This document shows positions 1-11,423 of a DNA stretch of 64,000 nt, piece after piece. Where the stretch lies: assembly GCA_907165135.1 (NCBI GenBank), contig OU015568.1, positions 8,122,001 to 8,186,000 on the forward strand, in the 5' to 3' direction. A program made the position numbers and the translations under genes. How positions within the stretch are numbered: the first letter of the stretch is position 1; each line of letters begins with the position of its first letter. The notes under the pieces were generated by a model. It had not been told where the DNA came from. It did no database searches and saw nothing but the letters and a program-made list of their open reading frames with translations. The DNA is from Oikopleura dioica (lineage: Eukaryota > Animalia > Chordata).

Positions 1-46
1 TGGTAAAATTCACAATTCACAAGCGGAAAATACACTCGAATTTCAG

Positions 47-326
47 CTCCTCCTCAAAATCAACCGCCAGCAGCGCAAATGCGGCATGATCCTCGACAAC
101 AACAAGCTCGCCAACAACAACACATTAAGACCGAGCCGCGCTCTGGAAATGACGATGACGAAAAAGCAAAGGTTCCCGTTCTTATCCTAATTCTGCCCTC
201 TACCTATTTGTTCAGCTCATTATGCAAGTCTTGCAACTGACGCCAGAGCAGATTAATTTACTGCCGGAAGACCAGAGAACTTCGATTTTGCGACTGAAGG
301 AACAACTAAAGAGCCAAAGTCGATAA
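47..326 (+). CDS. CSTF2: Cleavage stimulation factor 64 kDa subunit, last two exons (gene starts upstream of window)
   Basis: Splicing 47-171 to 216-326 (GT..AG) gives DDDEKAK-LIMQVLQLTPEQINLLPEDQRTSILRLKEQLKSQSR*, matching the CstF-64 C-terminal domain (EKAALIMQVLQLTADQIAMLPPEQRQSILILKEQ). Confidence 0.9.
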
Positions 327-485
327 GGAAAAATCACCGTTACTGTAACTTCGACCCAAACAGGCCATTTACTGATAGAAAGCTATCAAAACTGTCCTCC
401 AATTTTAGACAAATTCTTTGACTCAAATAAAATGTCTTGTTCAGAAATCAGTTGTTTCTCTGTAGAAATCAAACCCTTTTCAGAA

Positions 486-1610
486 ATGGGACGAGTCAAA
501 TTGACAAAGGAAGAGCGGTTTGTTCAGAAATATCTGAAAAAGCATGGAAGACTTCACGTGCTACAGATTTTTAACAAAGAATTGGAAGAAAGGGCAGAAA
601 AAGGTATCTTATAAAAACTATTTGACTGTTAATATCTAGTTCCTCGACTTTAGCTGGAAGGAAATCTGAAGAAAAAGGATCGAAGAAGAATCAGAATTCA
701 TCTGCAGAAGAAGCTCATTGTTCAAAATCATATTCAAATGCGAATGGTTTGTAATCAAAACCATGTATTGGGTATTTCAATTACCAAATCAATTGTAGCC
801 GAATGTAAGCCTGTCAAACTCAGTTTTGCAATAAAGAAGCCACCTGAAAGAAAGAAAATTACTATCGAGCCGGTTAGCAAAAAGAAAAGGCCTCAGAAAA
901 GGGAAGAAAACGAAAGGGAGAGTAAGACTGTCGACATTCCAAAAGACTTCAAGAAACTTGCCAAAACATTCGGGTTGCCAGAAGAGCATCTAGACTTTTT
1001 CTACGAAAACAGAACATCTTTCAACTGGGAATTTAAAGATTGGACGAATATTCAATGTACCGAAACTACCTGTAAATTGACAACTAAACTTGGTCCGAAG
1101 TGCCTTTTTGATCACATGATTACTGTTCACAGCTACCGGGAGATTCCATGTGACCACGTTGACTGCTCTTTTATCGCATACTCGTCGGTAAGTCTTAAGC
1201 ATCACAAATCGAAGTTTCACGGTCATGGTAAAAGACCAACAAATCATGGTCATTTTCCCTGTCCGTTTCAATCATGCAAAAGTTCTTTCGCTAGTACTAC
1301 CAATTTGCGCGATCATTTGAATGTTCACGAAAATCATCTTCTTTCGTGCAATTATTGTCCCTATAAATGTGCACTTAGTGCTCCTTTGCAAAACCATTTA
1401 AGTGCTCATTTCAATATCAAAAATTTTAAATGTGAGTTTTGCTCTCAAGGTTTCTCATCGCGTGGAAACTTGAATAACCATATTCGTGCACTTCACTCCT
1501 CAGACGATTTTGAGTGCATTGATTGCGGTTTTCAAGCGCAAAGTTTTCGAGGGTTGAGCTCACATAGACGGACATGTGAAAAGCGCCTTCAGTACTCAAG
1601 AATTCTATAA
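486..1610 (+). CDS. Multi-C2H2 zinc-finger protein
   Basis: ATG at 486 after tttcag. The last exon encodes about six C2H2-type fingers (e.g. CPFQSCKSSFASTTNLRDHLNVH, CEFCSQGFSSRGNLNNHIRALH). 5' exon joins are approximate. Confidence 0.8.
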
Positions 1611-1700
1611 TTATCTTTGTATTGGTTCAATTTTTGAAGAAATTCCAACGGTTTGAAGAAAGCTTTCGACAGTAGTTTACGTTTTTATCGTTCAGACAAT

Positions 1701-3884
1701 ATGAATGTGACTCGTAAAAACTTCCTGGAACTGCTTCCAAAGATATTGAAGCAGATACAGAAATGCGAATTCGTATCAGTCGATCTTGAGTTCTGTGGTT
1801 TGCCCCATCCAAAAGCGTACAACAAATTGGATACAAGAGAAGACAGATATCGAAAAATCTCAAAGGAACCAGGACATAATTTTTTTAAGCTCTTCAATTC
1901 TCTAATAATGAGCAATGCACATCCTTCTCAAAAGTCGATCGAAAAATTCTTCATCCCTCAATATGGCCTTTCAATTTTCAGCAAAACCGCGAACGGGTAC
2001 ACATCTTACACTTACAACTTCTTCCTATCCCCCGTCGGTCCTCATCACGAGGACAGATCTTCAAGAAGATACGAAATTCTCGGTTCGACTATAAACTTTC
2101 TTTGCGAGCATAATTTCGACTTCAATACTGCTTTTGGAAAGGGAGTGAGATTCATGTCTGTTCCAGAAGAAGCACAGGATAGGGCCGAAAGAATTTTCAT
2201 CATCAAAATCTCGATGGAGACATTTTTCAGCCCTCGAAAAGTTCAAACAAAAGCTGGACGAAAAAAGAAAGCGGATTCGGGAGCAATGTGCTCGGCGATC
2301 AAATAATGACGGTTAGGCTTCTCATATTTGACGTTTTTCTTCATTTTTTGCATAGACAATACGAAGCTTGATCGAGAACGATTGATGGCCGAGCATCCTG
2401 CTGAAACAATCGGTAAAAGGAACCTTTACTCGTCTTCTCTAGCTCTTTCTAGCGCTGCTGGACGAATACAAAAAGCAAATCGAACAGTTCCTTGCTCAAG
2501 AAGAGAAGAATTCCTTCAATCTTCCGCCTTGCAACTCTTTCATTCGAAGATTAGTTCACATGGTCGTCAAGCCAGAATTTGCGGGCAAGGCACAGTTCAT
2601 TTCTGGTCGAAATGAGAATAACGAACCAGTTGTAACGATTTTGAAAACGATGAAGACGGAAGAAGAGGTCAAGCTTGCCGAAGTTGACGCTGAGGAAGAG
2701 GTTTGTCGTCCGAAGAAACCGTTTTTATAGCGCATCTTTTTAGGCGATGAAGGAAAAACTCGGATTTCTTCACATTCTTCGCGTCATTTCAGTTTCAAAG
2801 ACGCCGCTGGTCTTCCACGCTGGCGAGCTGGATCTTTATCTGACAATGAAGCACTTTTTCCTCGACGATTTACCGGAAACCCTAGAAGAGTTCAAATCAA
2901 TTACCACTGCCACTTTTCCACAGATCTTTGATACACTTTTGATGTCGAGAAACGAACCGCTAAAGTCGAACTTTCCAGAGGGCAACTCGCTCGGCGAGAT
3001 TTTCAAGAAGGTCCAAGATCAGGTAGATTTACCAAAGAAAATTTTCTTATTGTCCTTTTTTTCTCTAAATTTCCGGTTCCCTTATTCAAGTTATTCAGCC
3101 TTTCGCCTTGAATGCCGCACAAATCCACATTGCTGACGGATACCGCGACTACAAAGCCTTCGGTGGTCAAGTTCACGAAGCTGGCTACGATGCCTGGATG
3201 ACTGGAGTCGCCTTTATCCACATGATGGGCTATCTGAACCTTGTTTCCAAGTAAGACCCGCTTCCAAGAGCTATAATCTCAAAGAAAACGTTCAGAACAA
3301 AGCCCGGTTCAAAACTGACGGAGTCGGCGATTTCAAAAATCTTCAAGAACCGATACTCAATTAGCGGAATGTACGACATTCATCATATTTCGTTGGATAG
3401 AGCCGATGCTGTTCCAAAAAGAAATCATTGTTTTCACCTCTCTTTTCCAACAAGCTGGGTAAAAGCGCTCAATTTTGCTTGATTCTGATCCTGATTTTTA
3501 GAGACAACACGATATTTACGAGCTTTTCCGAGTTTGTGGACGCATACGAGTAATGTGGATTGACGATGGAAGCGCTTTTGTGGCGATTGAGGATCATTCT
3601 GCTGTTAATCTTGTCAATTCGATCAAGAAAGACCCTGATTACTGTATCTTACCGTATCAGGAATGGAAAGCGACGCAAGGTAATTCTGCTTATGAAGTCA
3701 TATCTTCATAACTCTCCTAGAAAACGGTGCTCCCCCAACACCAAAGAAGAGAAAAGTATCAGAGCCGGAGAAGAACGGAACTAGCCCAAAGACCACTGCC
3801 ATGAACGACCTGTCACTTCAGGCGAAACCGACAGCTAGGAAAGAAAAAGAAGCTGTTTTTGAGAATGAATCTGTTTGGGAATAG
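1701..3884 (+). CDS. PARN: Poly(A)-specific ribonuclease (DEDD deadenylase), multi-exon
   Basis: MNVTRKNF start; VDLEFCG, FFIPQYGLSIF, INFLCEHNFDFN, FPQIFDTLLM and HEAGYDAWMTG motifs; C-terminus AVFENESVWE* resembles the PARN LFEVPDTW end. Confidence 0.93.
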
Positions 3885-4317
3885 AAGAGCAGAAACTTCT
3901 GAGTCGGAAGTTTTGACACACAAACACTAATCTCGTTGAAAAATTAACATGTAATCCTGTTTTAGAATGTGAACTACGAGTGATGATGGGACTGGTTAGG
4001 CCTTTCCCGCTGTAGTCATCAAAAAAGAAGAGGATTGAGATTTCCTAAAATTCTTGAATCGTCAAAAATACCAGCTGCGAAAGAAGAGCGTGCGTGCTCA
4101 ACTCTTGTATTTCCTCTAGTGAGGACAAGATCGCGAAGAACCTGAAGATGAATATAGAGACTCTGTGCAAAATGTTTAAAGTGATGGCGAATCAGCGCTA
4201 GAAAACCACGGAAATGTCACTGAAAAACTTTGAGTTGAAATATAATATGCGTTTTGTCGCTTTTCATTTTTCTATTTTTAAAACATCGCCTCGTCAGCCT
4301 CTTGATTTCAGAAAGAA

Positions 4318-4719
4318 ATGTCTGATGATCGAAAACAGCAAGACAGATCGAAAAAGAAGGAGTCGATTCTTGAACTGAATAAATATCTCGACAAGGCAAT
4401 CAGGGTCAAGTTTCAAGGAGGAAGAGAAGCTAGCGGGATTCTCAAAGGGTAAGAAAACATGATTGAGAGCTGGTGATTTACCTTGATTGTAGTTATGATC
4501 AGCTTCTAAATTTGGTCATCGACTCAACAACCGAACAGCTTCGAGATTTAGATGATCCTTACCGCCCGTCTACTGAATCAAGAAATCTAGGTTCGATCGC
4601 ATTTCAGAGCATATTCTTAACTATTTTCAGGACTTGTTGTTTGCCGAGGAACTTCTGTCGTTCTCATTTCTCCTCAAGACGGCATGGAAGAAATCCCCAA
4701 TCCATTCATCCCCCAGTGA
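4318..4719 (+). CDS. LSM7: U6 snRNA-associated Sm-like protein LSm7, 3 exons
   Basis: KKKESILELNKYLDKAIRVKFQGGREASGILKG-YDQLLNLV...RNLG-LVVCRG...GMEEIPNPF; two GT..AG introns. Confidence 0.96.
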
Positions 4720-6324
4720 GCACATAATTACAATTTAGACTTTTGTTTCTCACGACTGCCTAATAAATTATCCTGCGAAAAGTTTAAAACGGTTATTTTT
4801 GCAATGAAATCAACAAAGACTCCCGCAAAAATATCCGAAACAAAGAATCGCTTCTTATTTTTTCTATAAAAAACATTTTTATTTACAGGTAGAAGCTCAT
4901 TTTGTCAAAAAAAAAGTCAAAAAAGCAAGCTCCATTCTTCCCTAAACGACTCACGCTGGGAAACATAATCACCCCTTTTGAAAAATATTCTTCGCCAAAG
5001 TGCCACCTTGGCGATTTTTTAAAGAAGCAAAATACGAAATTTGAAGTTTTACTGGAAAGAAGAGTATTTACCAAGAGAGGCGCTATCTAGGATTTATAAG
5101 GGGCGGCGGGTTATTAAACCAGAACTTTTGCTGATAGGACTGTTTGATCAGTGGTTTTTGAACTACTGAAAATTTGAAGATGAAGTTTTACACAAAAACC
5201 TTTAGTAAGAATCGAAGATGAATATTGTTTCACAAAATATTGATAAAAGACAATGATAAAGCTAGAGTTTTGGGGTTCTATAATTGAAATTTACTGTAGT
5301 TTTAGTCTTTCCGTTTCATCAAATCTGTCAATACAAATTCCGCCAATAAGTTTGAAAAGTCCTTCGGGTTTCTGTCAAATGCCCATCCAGCGGGAGAGTG
5401 ATAGAAAAAGAGTATCACTCCGATTTCTCCCTTATCCGCTGAAGTTCTATTTGAGTAGCGTCAAGAGCAGCCAGTCAGACCAAATACGCAAGAATTATTA
5501 CGCGAGCTCACCACTCACCAACGGATTTACTAAGTCACTTGCGGATTTATAGCGCGTGAAAAAAACGAAAAAAAAATTGTAAGAAAACATAAAACTGCAG
5601 AAGAAATAAAGAGATTGAAAATTCAAAAAACGAAAATGGACTTTGATGAGGTAAGTTCGACTTTAAAAAATCATGCAACATAGAACTTTCGTACCGTGAA
5701 TCATTTTTCATTACAGAATATGAGATAAAATAAGAGCGGAATACACGTGGGGAATTGATTGAGTACGCTAGTAAGAGGTGGTTCCAGAGATATTATCAGA
5801 GGTTTTAAAATCTCAGCTTTGAAGGAACCGTATTCCATGTACTAACGAACAAATAACTAATAATCAGTTGTATGAATATCTTTGAACCGTGGACAGTGTC
5901 TTCTCACGCTTCTGAAATCTCTTCTTTTATGCCCCTTGTAAAGGCGTTAGTAGTGGATTTCCTGGTTTTAGCTTCCGGCTTATTGACGAAGTATTATTCT
6001 AGGAAATAATCTCTTTTGAACAACTGTTTTTTCTCGATCAAAATGAAGGAAAAATAAATAAAATAATTATTCAAAATTTATTATTTTTGGGTCGCTATTT
6101 CTTAGAATTTCTTGGGTTTATATTTTAAAGGAAGACTTTTTTAAATAATTAAAACGTTTAAAAGATAATTTTATTTTCAAAGAATCGACAAGTGTGAGAA
6201 AAAAGCGTTATCAATTTGAAAAATTTATCTCCCTGCGCGTGTCCCCTATTTCGCGGCTATAAAATTTATTGCTCGCGTTTTGAATAGTCAAAGAACTGGC
6301 CCGCTGAAACTGTGTTCTATTGAA

Positions 6325-6612
6325 TCAGTTCAATTTAAACAGAGACCGCCCTTCTCGACGGTGTAATTGTTCCTTTGATTTAAAAAATTTGGCAGTCTTT
6401 TTGAGAAATCGATTCTGACTTTTTAACTCGATATTCTTTACACGATAGATGGGTAAAAACAAGAGATTCAGACTTACTTCGGTCAGGGCTTTTGTAGAAC
6501 AGGTAATTTTGCTGAATAATATCCTCCTTAAAAATTCATCACGTGAGTCAAAGCCACCTTGACCATGGGATGAAACATTAATGCCCCTCGCTCTTTGTAA
6601 CTTCCGACGCAT
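6325..6612 (-). CDS. Possible small unknown gene or exon pair
   Basis: 95-codon ORF containing an in-frame 42-nt intron-like segment with a gtaagt donor and aaag acceptor; no recognisable domain. Confidence 0.25.
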   Translation of the reverse strand: MRRKLQRARGINVSSHGQGGFDSRDEFLRRILFSKITCSTKALTEVSLNLLFLPIYRVKNIELKSQNRFLKKTAKFFKSKEQLHRREGRSLFKLN

Positions 6613-6728
6613 TTTCTTCTTTTAAATTTTATCCACCGAGAAAATGTCTTTTCGTCAAAATTATTGAGGCCAATTTACGGAGAAGTCCTCATCCACTTTT
6701 TCATATCAAAATAAACGAAATTTTTAAG

Positions 6729-8606
6729 AGCTGTCGCCCTGGAATACCATCCGCTCCAAGAGCACTCAGATTTGAGCTGAAAGATGGATACGATTTCAAA
6801 CATAAAAGTGCTCTTCTTAGATGGTAAGATAGAATTCGATTGTGCTACCAAATGAAGTCTTTTTTGTTGGCAATTACTAGGATAAATAAAATGCTGGTCG
6901 TATAAATAGCAAACAAGGGTACTTTACGAATAAATCTGCCATCGCAAGTCCTCCAGCTTGTCATGAAAATGCAAACAAGGCATGATAGCTCGATTACAGG
7001 ATTTGAAAGCTACCAGTTTATTTTCCAATAACAACACTGGATTAAGGTGGCCCAGTCAAGTGTTCGACGAAAATGGAAATACCAGTCAAGAGCACTCCAT
7101 CATTGGTTACAGGATTTACGTCAATGGCCTTCCCAAAGGCATGGTCAAGGTAAAGCTTAAAAAATTAATAAAAGATCTAAAATGTTCTAGGCTCATAAAA
7201 ATCGCGCTCTTGTGGAAGGCATGAGGATTCAGAACGAGTACAAAATTACCGTCGTTGCGATCGGAAGTCTCGGAGACTCAAATCACTCGAACGCTGGTAA
7301 GTTCATTTTCTTACCCGAATCAAGAGGAGGATGATCCCCTCACTATTGATTAATTATTTTATAATCTTCGAAACAAGAAAGACTTGTCTTAGAGACTTGT
7401 CAGCTAGCCGGTCACGTTTTCAAGGAATTTCTTCACCTCGTGAAATTTCATGCCCAAATGCATTATCCTGAATGCATAGGATCATCTCGAAAACAACTCG
7501 TGACTATTTCCCAATTTTTTCAACAAAGCAAAGCCGGCTTGTTCACTAGATAGGTCCTAATGCTACTTCCTCTTCAATAAGCCGAGCTCGACTGTTGCAA
7601 TTATTAAAAGGTTTCTTGCGACAGAAATCTCGAGCTTGGGAAGCAATTGCGTGCTTTTAAGATTTTCTCAGTTTATTATAAAGGGAATATAGTTACGATT
7701 GATAACCGATAGCTAGTTATTGTTGGGAACAAAAATAAGGGCTTCGTATAAAAAAAGCTTTTTAAAAATCGTCGTTATAAACTTTATTCCTGTGAGACCA
7801 AAAATCAACGGAAAAGGGGTTTTTGCTTCATGGGAGGCTACTTTTCAAACGGTTTCTTTTTGTTAAATTTATATAAATTTCTCCAAAAATACATCTCTAA
7901 AGGTTCGATTCAGCAATTATCTACGTCCCCAACACCGAAATCCTGGCTTCAAGCTCTTCAAACAAAACTGAGGGGAAAAAAGAAGCATCCAAATCCGGAA
8001 AGAAGAAAACTAACGATAAGGAAGGAGCTGGAAATCCAGAAAATCCAAAGAATGACACGCTAAATGAAGTGCTTGACAAGGCGCAAGAGGTACTTGAAAA
8101 AGTCGCGCAGTCGCAGGAGGCCGGAAATGCGTCGCGCGAAAGTTCAGAATCAAATAGGAAACGGTTTTTTGATGACCTTAGAGAAGGTCCTAATCGTTCC
8201 ACAGATAGAGCGAGAAGAGAACCGCCTTTGAAAGAGATCCCGATTTTGACTCGAAAGAAAACACATTCCCTGGCGCGAACGAGACAGTTTCGACCACGTG
8301 CCCTGAGAAATACAAGATGAGTACGAAGGTTCAAGTAGAAAGCATCGAAGACATCATCAAAAAAGCAAAGGAAAACTTCAAGGATTCTCGTAGTGAGGAA
8401 ATACTGGTGAGAGCTGGTTTTTGTGGCTCATAGAGAAATGAAACTTTCAGAAAACGTCGACAGAAGATTTGAGACAATCATCAGATCTGGACAAAGAAGA
8501 CAAAAGCGGAGACGAAGAAGATTATTCAAAGCTGCTAAAGGACCTTGACGAGGAAGATGATGACGACATCGTCGCCAAAGTCCTAAAACGCTACGGTCTC
8601 AAGTAA
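6729..8606 (+). CDS. Fibronectin type III-domain protein with charged low-complexity C-terminus (exon connectivity uncertain)
   Basis: Exons read PGIPSAPRALRF...ALLRW and IIGYRIYVNGLPKGMVK...EYKITVVAIGSLGDS (FN3-like, reminiscent of RIM-binding protein FN3s). The last exon ends EEDDDDIVAKVLKRYGLK* at 8606. It could be two genes. Confidence 0.45.
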
Positions 8607-9220
8607 GCCTCTCGGAGATTCTCTTCCATGATTTTACTTTCAGTAAACACGATTTCGACTATGCGCTGCCTTCGAATACTGAGGAAGCGAAAAACGAAGA
8701 ACCTCAAGTTTCAAGTTTTAGAAATTATATGCCAGTACATGAAATATCGCTTGACTGAACGAACAAAAAGACCTTTCCTGATATATTTTAGATTTTTGTA
8801 TGTGAATAAATCAATATTTTTTCAAAATTTTCTTTGATTTTCATGATTTTTTTGTTAAAAATGATCATAAATATATTATTCTAATAATAAGCATGCCCTG
8901 ATTTCATCAAATATTAACAACAATTTGAAATCTGGTAATCGGTTAATGTGCCAATGCGTTTCGCCTTTTTCAATACAGTCAGAGAGTCAGAGCTTCATTT
9001 CCCTTGTGATTTTGATAGAAAACGCAACTGTGGGGGAGAAGCCTTGGGATTGGAAGTATTGATTATGGTTAATTAGAGAGCCCTGCTCACACAATCGCAC
9101 CTCAATCCAATTACGCACGTCGAGCTCGGAAAACTATTGTTTCGTTTTTTTGCTCTTTCACGATAATCTTCTCGTCAGAATAAGAAATAAGAGGGTTGGC
9201 CCTTAAACTAGAGGAAAAAT

Positions 9221-10197
9221 ATGAAGTTGAGCGTTTTGGTAGTAGTTTTGGTCGAGTTCGAAAGAGCCAGAGCTCAGCAGTTTTTCGATGATGTTATTTG
9301 GACTATGCCAGGTAAGAAATCTTTTTGTTCAAAAAAATTCAGCATTAAATATTTTTAGTCATCAAAAATCAAACTCTTGAAGCAAAAATCGAAACTTTAA
9401 AAAAACAACAAGAAAAAGCCGGGTTTTTCGGAAAAGAAAAATACATGGAAGACTACTACAAAGAAATTGCAAGCGGGAAGAAAACGACAATCCATCAGAA
9501 TCTTGACAGTCTTAAGAGCGAAGAAGAAGTGACGAAAAAACTCGATGAACGAAAACATCGATGGCTGGAAGACACGAAATTGATGTGGAAAGATCTTTGT
9601 CATATGAACTTTGAGTTGTTGAATGCAAAGGATCAGCAGGCTATTGTTGATTTTTGCCCGAAAGCTGACAAGGTAACCTTTCTTGTTGATTGAAGCAAGA
9701 AAAAATCGGCGACACTGTATTTAAGTGCTTTATCCCGATGAAAAACAACGTCAAATATCCAAACGGCGAAAAAGATCATATCGGTACTCTTTCAAAAAAA
9801 AACCTCTAACAAAAAAATTACAAGGGCAGCCAAAAACTCCAGCCCGGCCGCGAGAAATCTCCAAGACCGAAGTCATAAACGACTTCGTCGAGTGTATTCA
9901 ATACAGATGCGAATGCCCCGACTATCAGGAAAATGGCTGGCCAGTTGGAAAAGAAGTCAGGGGTGAGAAAAAATACAGTGTAGCTGGCGAATCCCTTGGT
10001 TATTCAAAATGCTGGCTTTTTGCGAGAAGAATTGGTTGGCGTTTTCAGGAAAATGCTTTGAAAAAATGATTGCTTTTGACATTCCGAAAAATAATTTTTC
10101 AAAGCAGAAAAGCCCCCAAGAGCCTGTTGGATCCAATTCAACGACCAATGCATTCCAGAGAATGTTTTCTACACAGTCATCGATGGAAGCGACATAA
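9221..10197 (+). CDS. Putative secreted protein of unknown function
   Basis: First exon MKLSVLVVVLVEFERARAQQFFDDVIWTMP is signal-peptide-like and followed by a gtaag donor; downstream coding-like exons contain Cys. 3' end not resolved. Confidence 0.35.
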
Positions 10198-10798
10198 AGC
10201 CTAATACGACCTGTCCGAATAACAACATCATCAACGCTCTTGATAAACTCGCTCAAAACGAAACTGTCGCTAGTTCATCTGTTTCAAGATCGATAGAAAT
10301 ATTTTCTCTAATATTTATTATTGTTCTGAGTTTATAGAATAAATTTTAGCTATTCTGAGTCAAAATTTTTGGCGAAAAATTCACCGACATTTTTTTTTTG
10401 AAATTAAAAATTTAGACAATACCGTTTATTTCAACTTTTAAAAGTCCATATACTTGAGGCTTCCATCGTCATCAAAATGAATTTATATAAATTCAAATTG
10501 AATGGATTATCCATGAGAGCAAAAAATGAAATATTCAGGTTGAGATTTGGCTCCCACGCCCGCCAATATTATTAAGATAAAGTTCTTTTTACTTAACAAT
10601 TCAATTGGCATCCCTAAGAATATCCTTATGAATATAGAGTACTCATATTTTCTACCTTCTCATACACACATCAGGTGATTTAGAAATAGTTTTGCAAGAC
10701 AAGCGCTCTTTGACATCAACACTTGGTATAAAAATAAGGCTCCTTGCCAAAACGCTCCATAAAAAATCATCTTCTTCTCTCCTGAAGAAACTAAAAAA

Positions 10799-11302
10799 AT
10801 GAAGGTCTTCCTCATCATCAACTTGCTCTGCATCTCCGCTTACGATCTTGACGATCTTTTGGAAATCATGGAATGCGCGAGGACTTTTCCAGGAGTAAAC
10901 GTTGAAACCTCCTGCTTCAAAAACTTCAAAGCGATCAACAAAAAAGTCGCAAGCGTTTCCCGCCCAATTCTGAGCCAGGTGCTCTACGGCTACAAAACCC
11001 CGCCTTCCTGCGAGCTCGGTTGTCACCGAGAGGATCACTTCATCGACCTGGTCGAGTTGGAAAAGCTGACTGGCTGGAGCTACGTTCCCTCAAAAAGGCG
11101 ACCTTTTAAAAAGTTCATGAACATTGGCAGATGTCGTGGATCGTGCGCCATTGGAATCAGGAGACATGCTACTTGCTCTCATATTGGCGGAGAGGCTCTC
11201 TTTCAAAATAGAAATGGCGAACGATTCGTCATCGAAGGTTTCTTTGCTGACTTCTGTGTTTGCGCCTATGCAGCCAAAGACAACTGCTATCAACCTCTTT
11301 AA
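10799..11302 (+). CDS. Intronless secreted cystine-knot protein, TGF-beta-like, no prodomain
   Basis: Signal peptide MKVFLIINLLCISA; CHREDHFIDL..LTGW, CRGSC, TC and CVC pattern; AATAAA about 20 nt after the stop. Confidence 0.7.
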   Translation: MKVFLIINLLCISAYDLDDLLEIMECARTFPGVNVETSCFKNFKAINKKVASVSRPILSQVLYGYKTPPSCELGCHREDHFIDLVELEKLTGWSYVPSKRRPFKKFMNIGRCRGSCAIGIRRHATCSHIGGEALFQNRNGERFVIEGFFADFCVCAYAAKDNCYQPL

Positions 11303-11423
11303 CATTATGTTCTGCTTCCGCTAATAAAAATAAATTCCACACTTTTTTCACTTTTTACGCTATTTCAGGCATTTTTATTGAATAAATGAATAATTCATTT
11401 GCGGTACGAAAGCCATAAGATGA

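Noticed and set aside
3966-4050. In-frame TGA codons suggesting a selenoprotein, given SCLY in the window
   Set aside because: No start codon, no redox motif and no SECIS seen; SCLY is 34 kb away.
3960-4215. U3 snoRNA-like words (TGATGA, GAGCGTG, GAAAACCACG)
   Set aside because: The boxes are not in U3 order and there is no terminal stem.
4883-5560. Short ORFs and an 8-bp hairpin downstream of LSM7
   Set aside because: No consistent exon chain or homology could be built on either strand.
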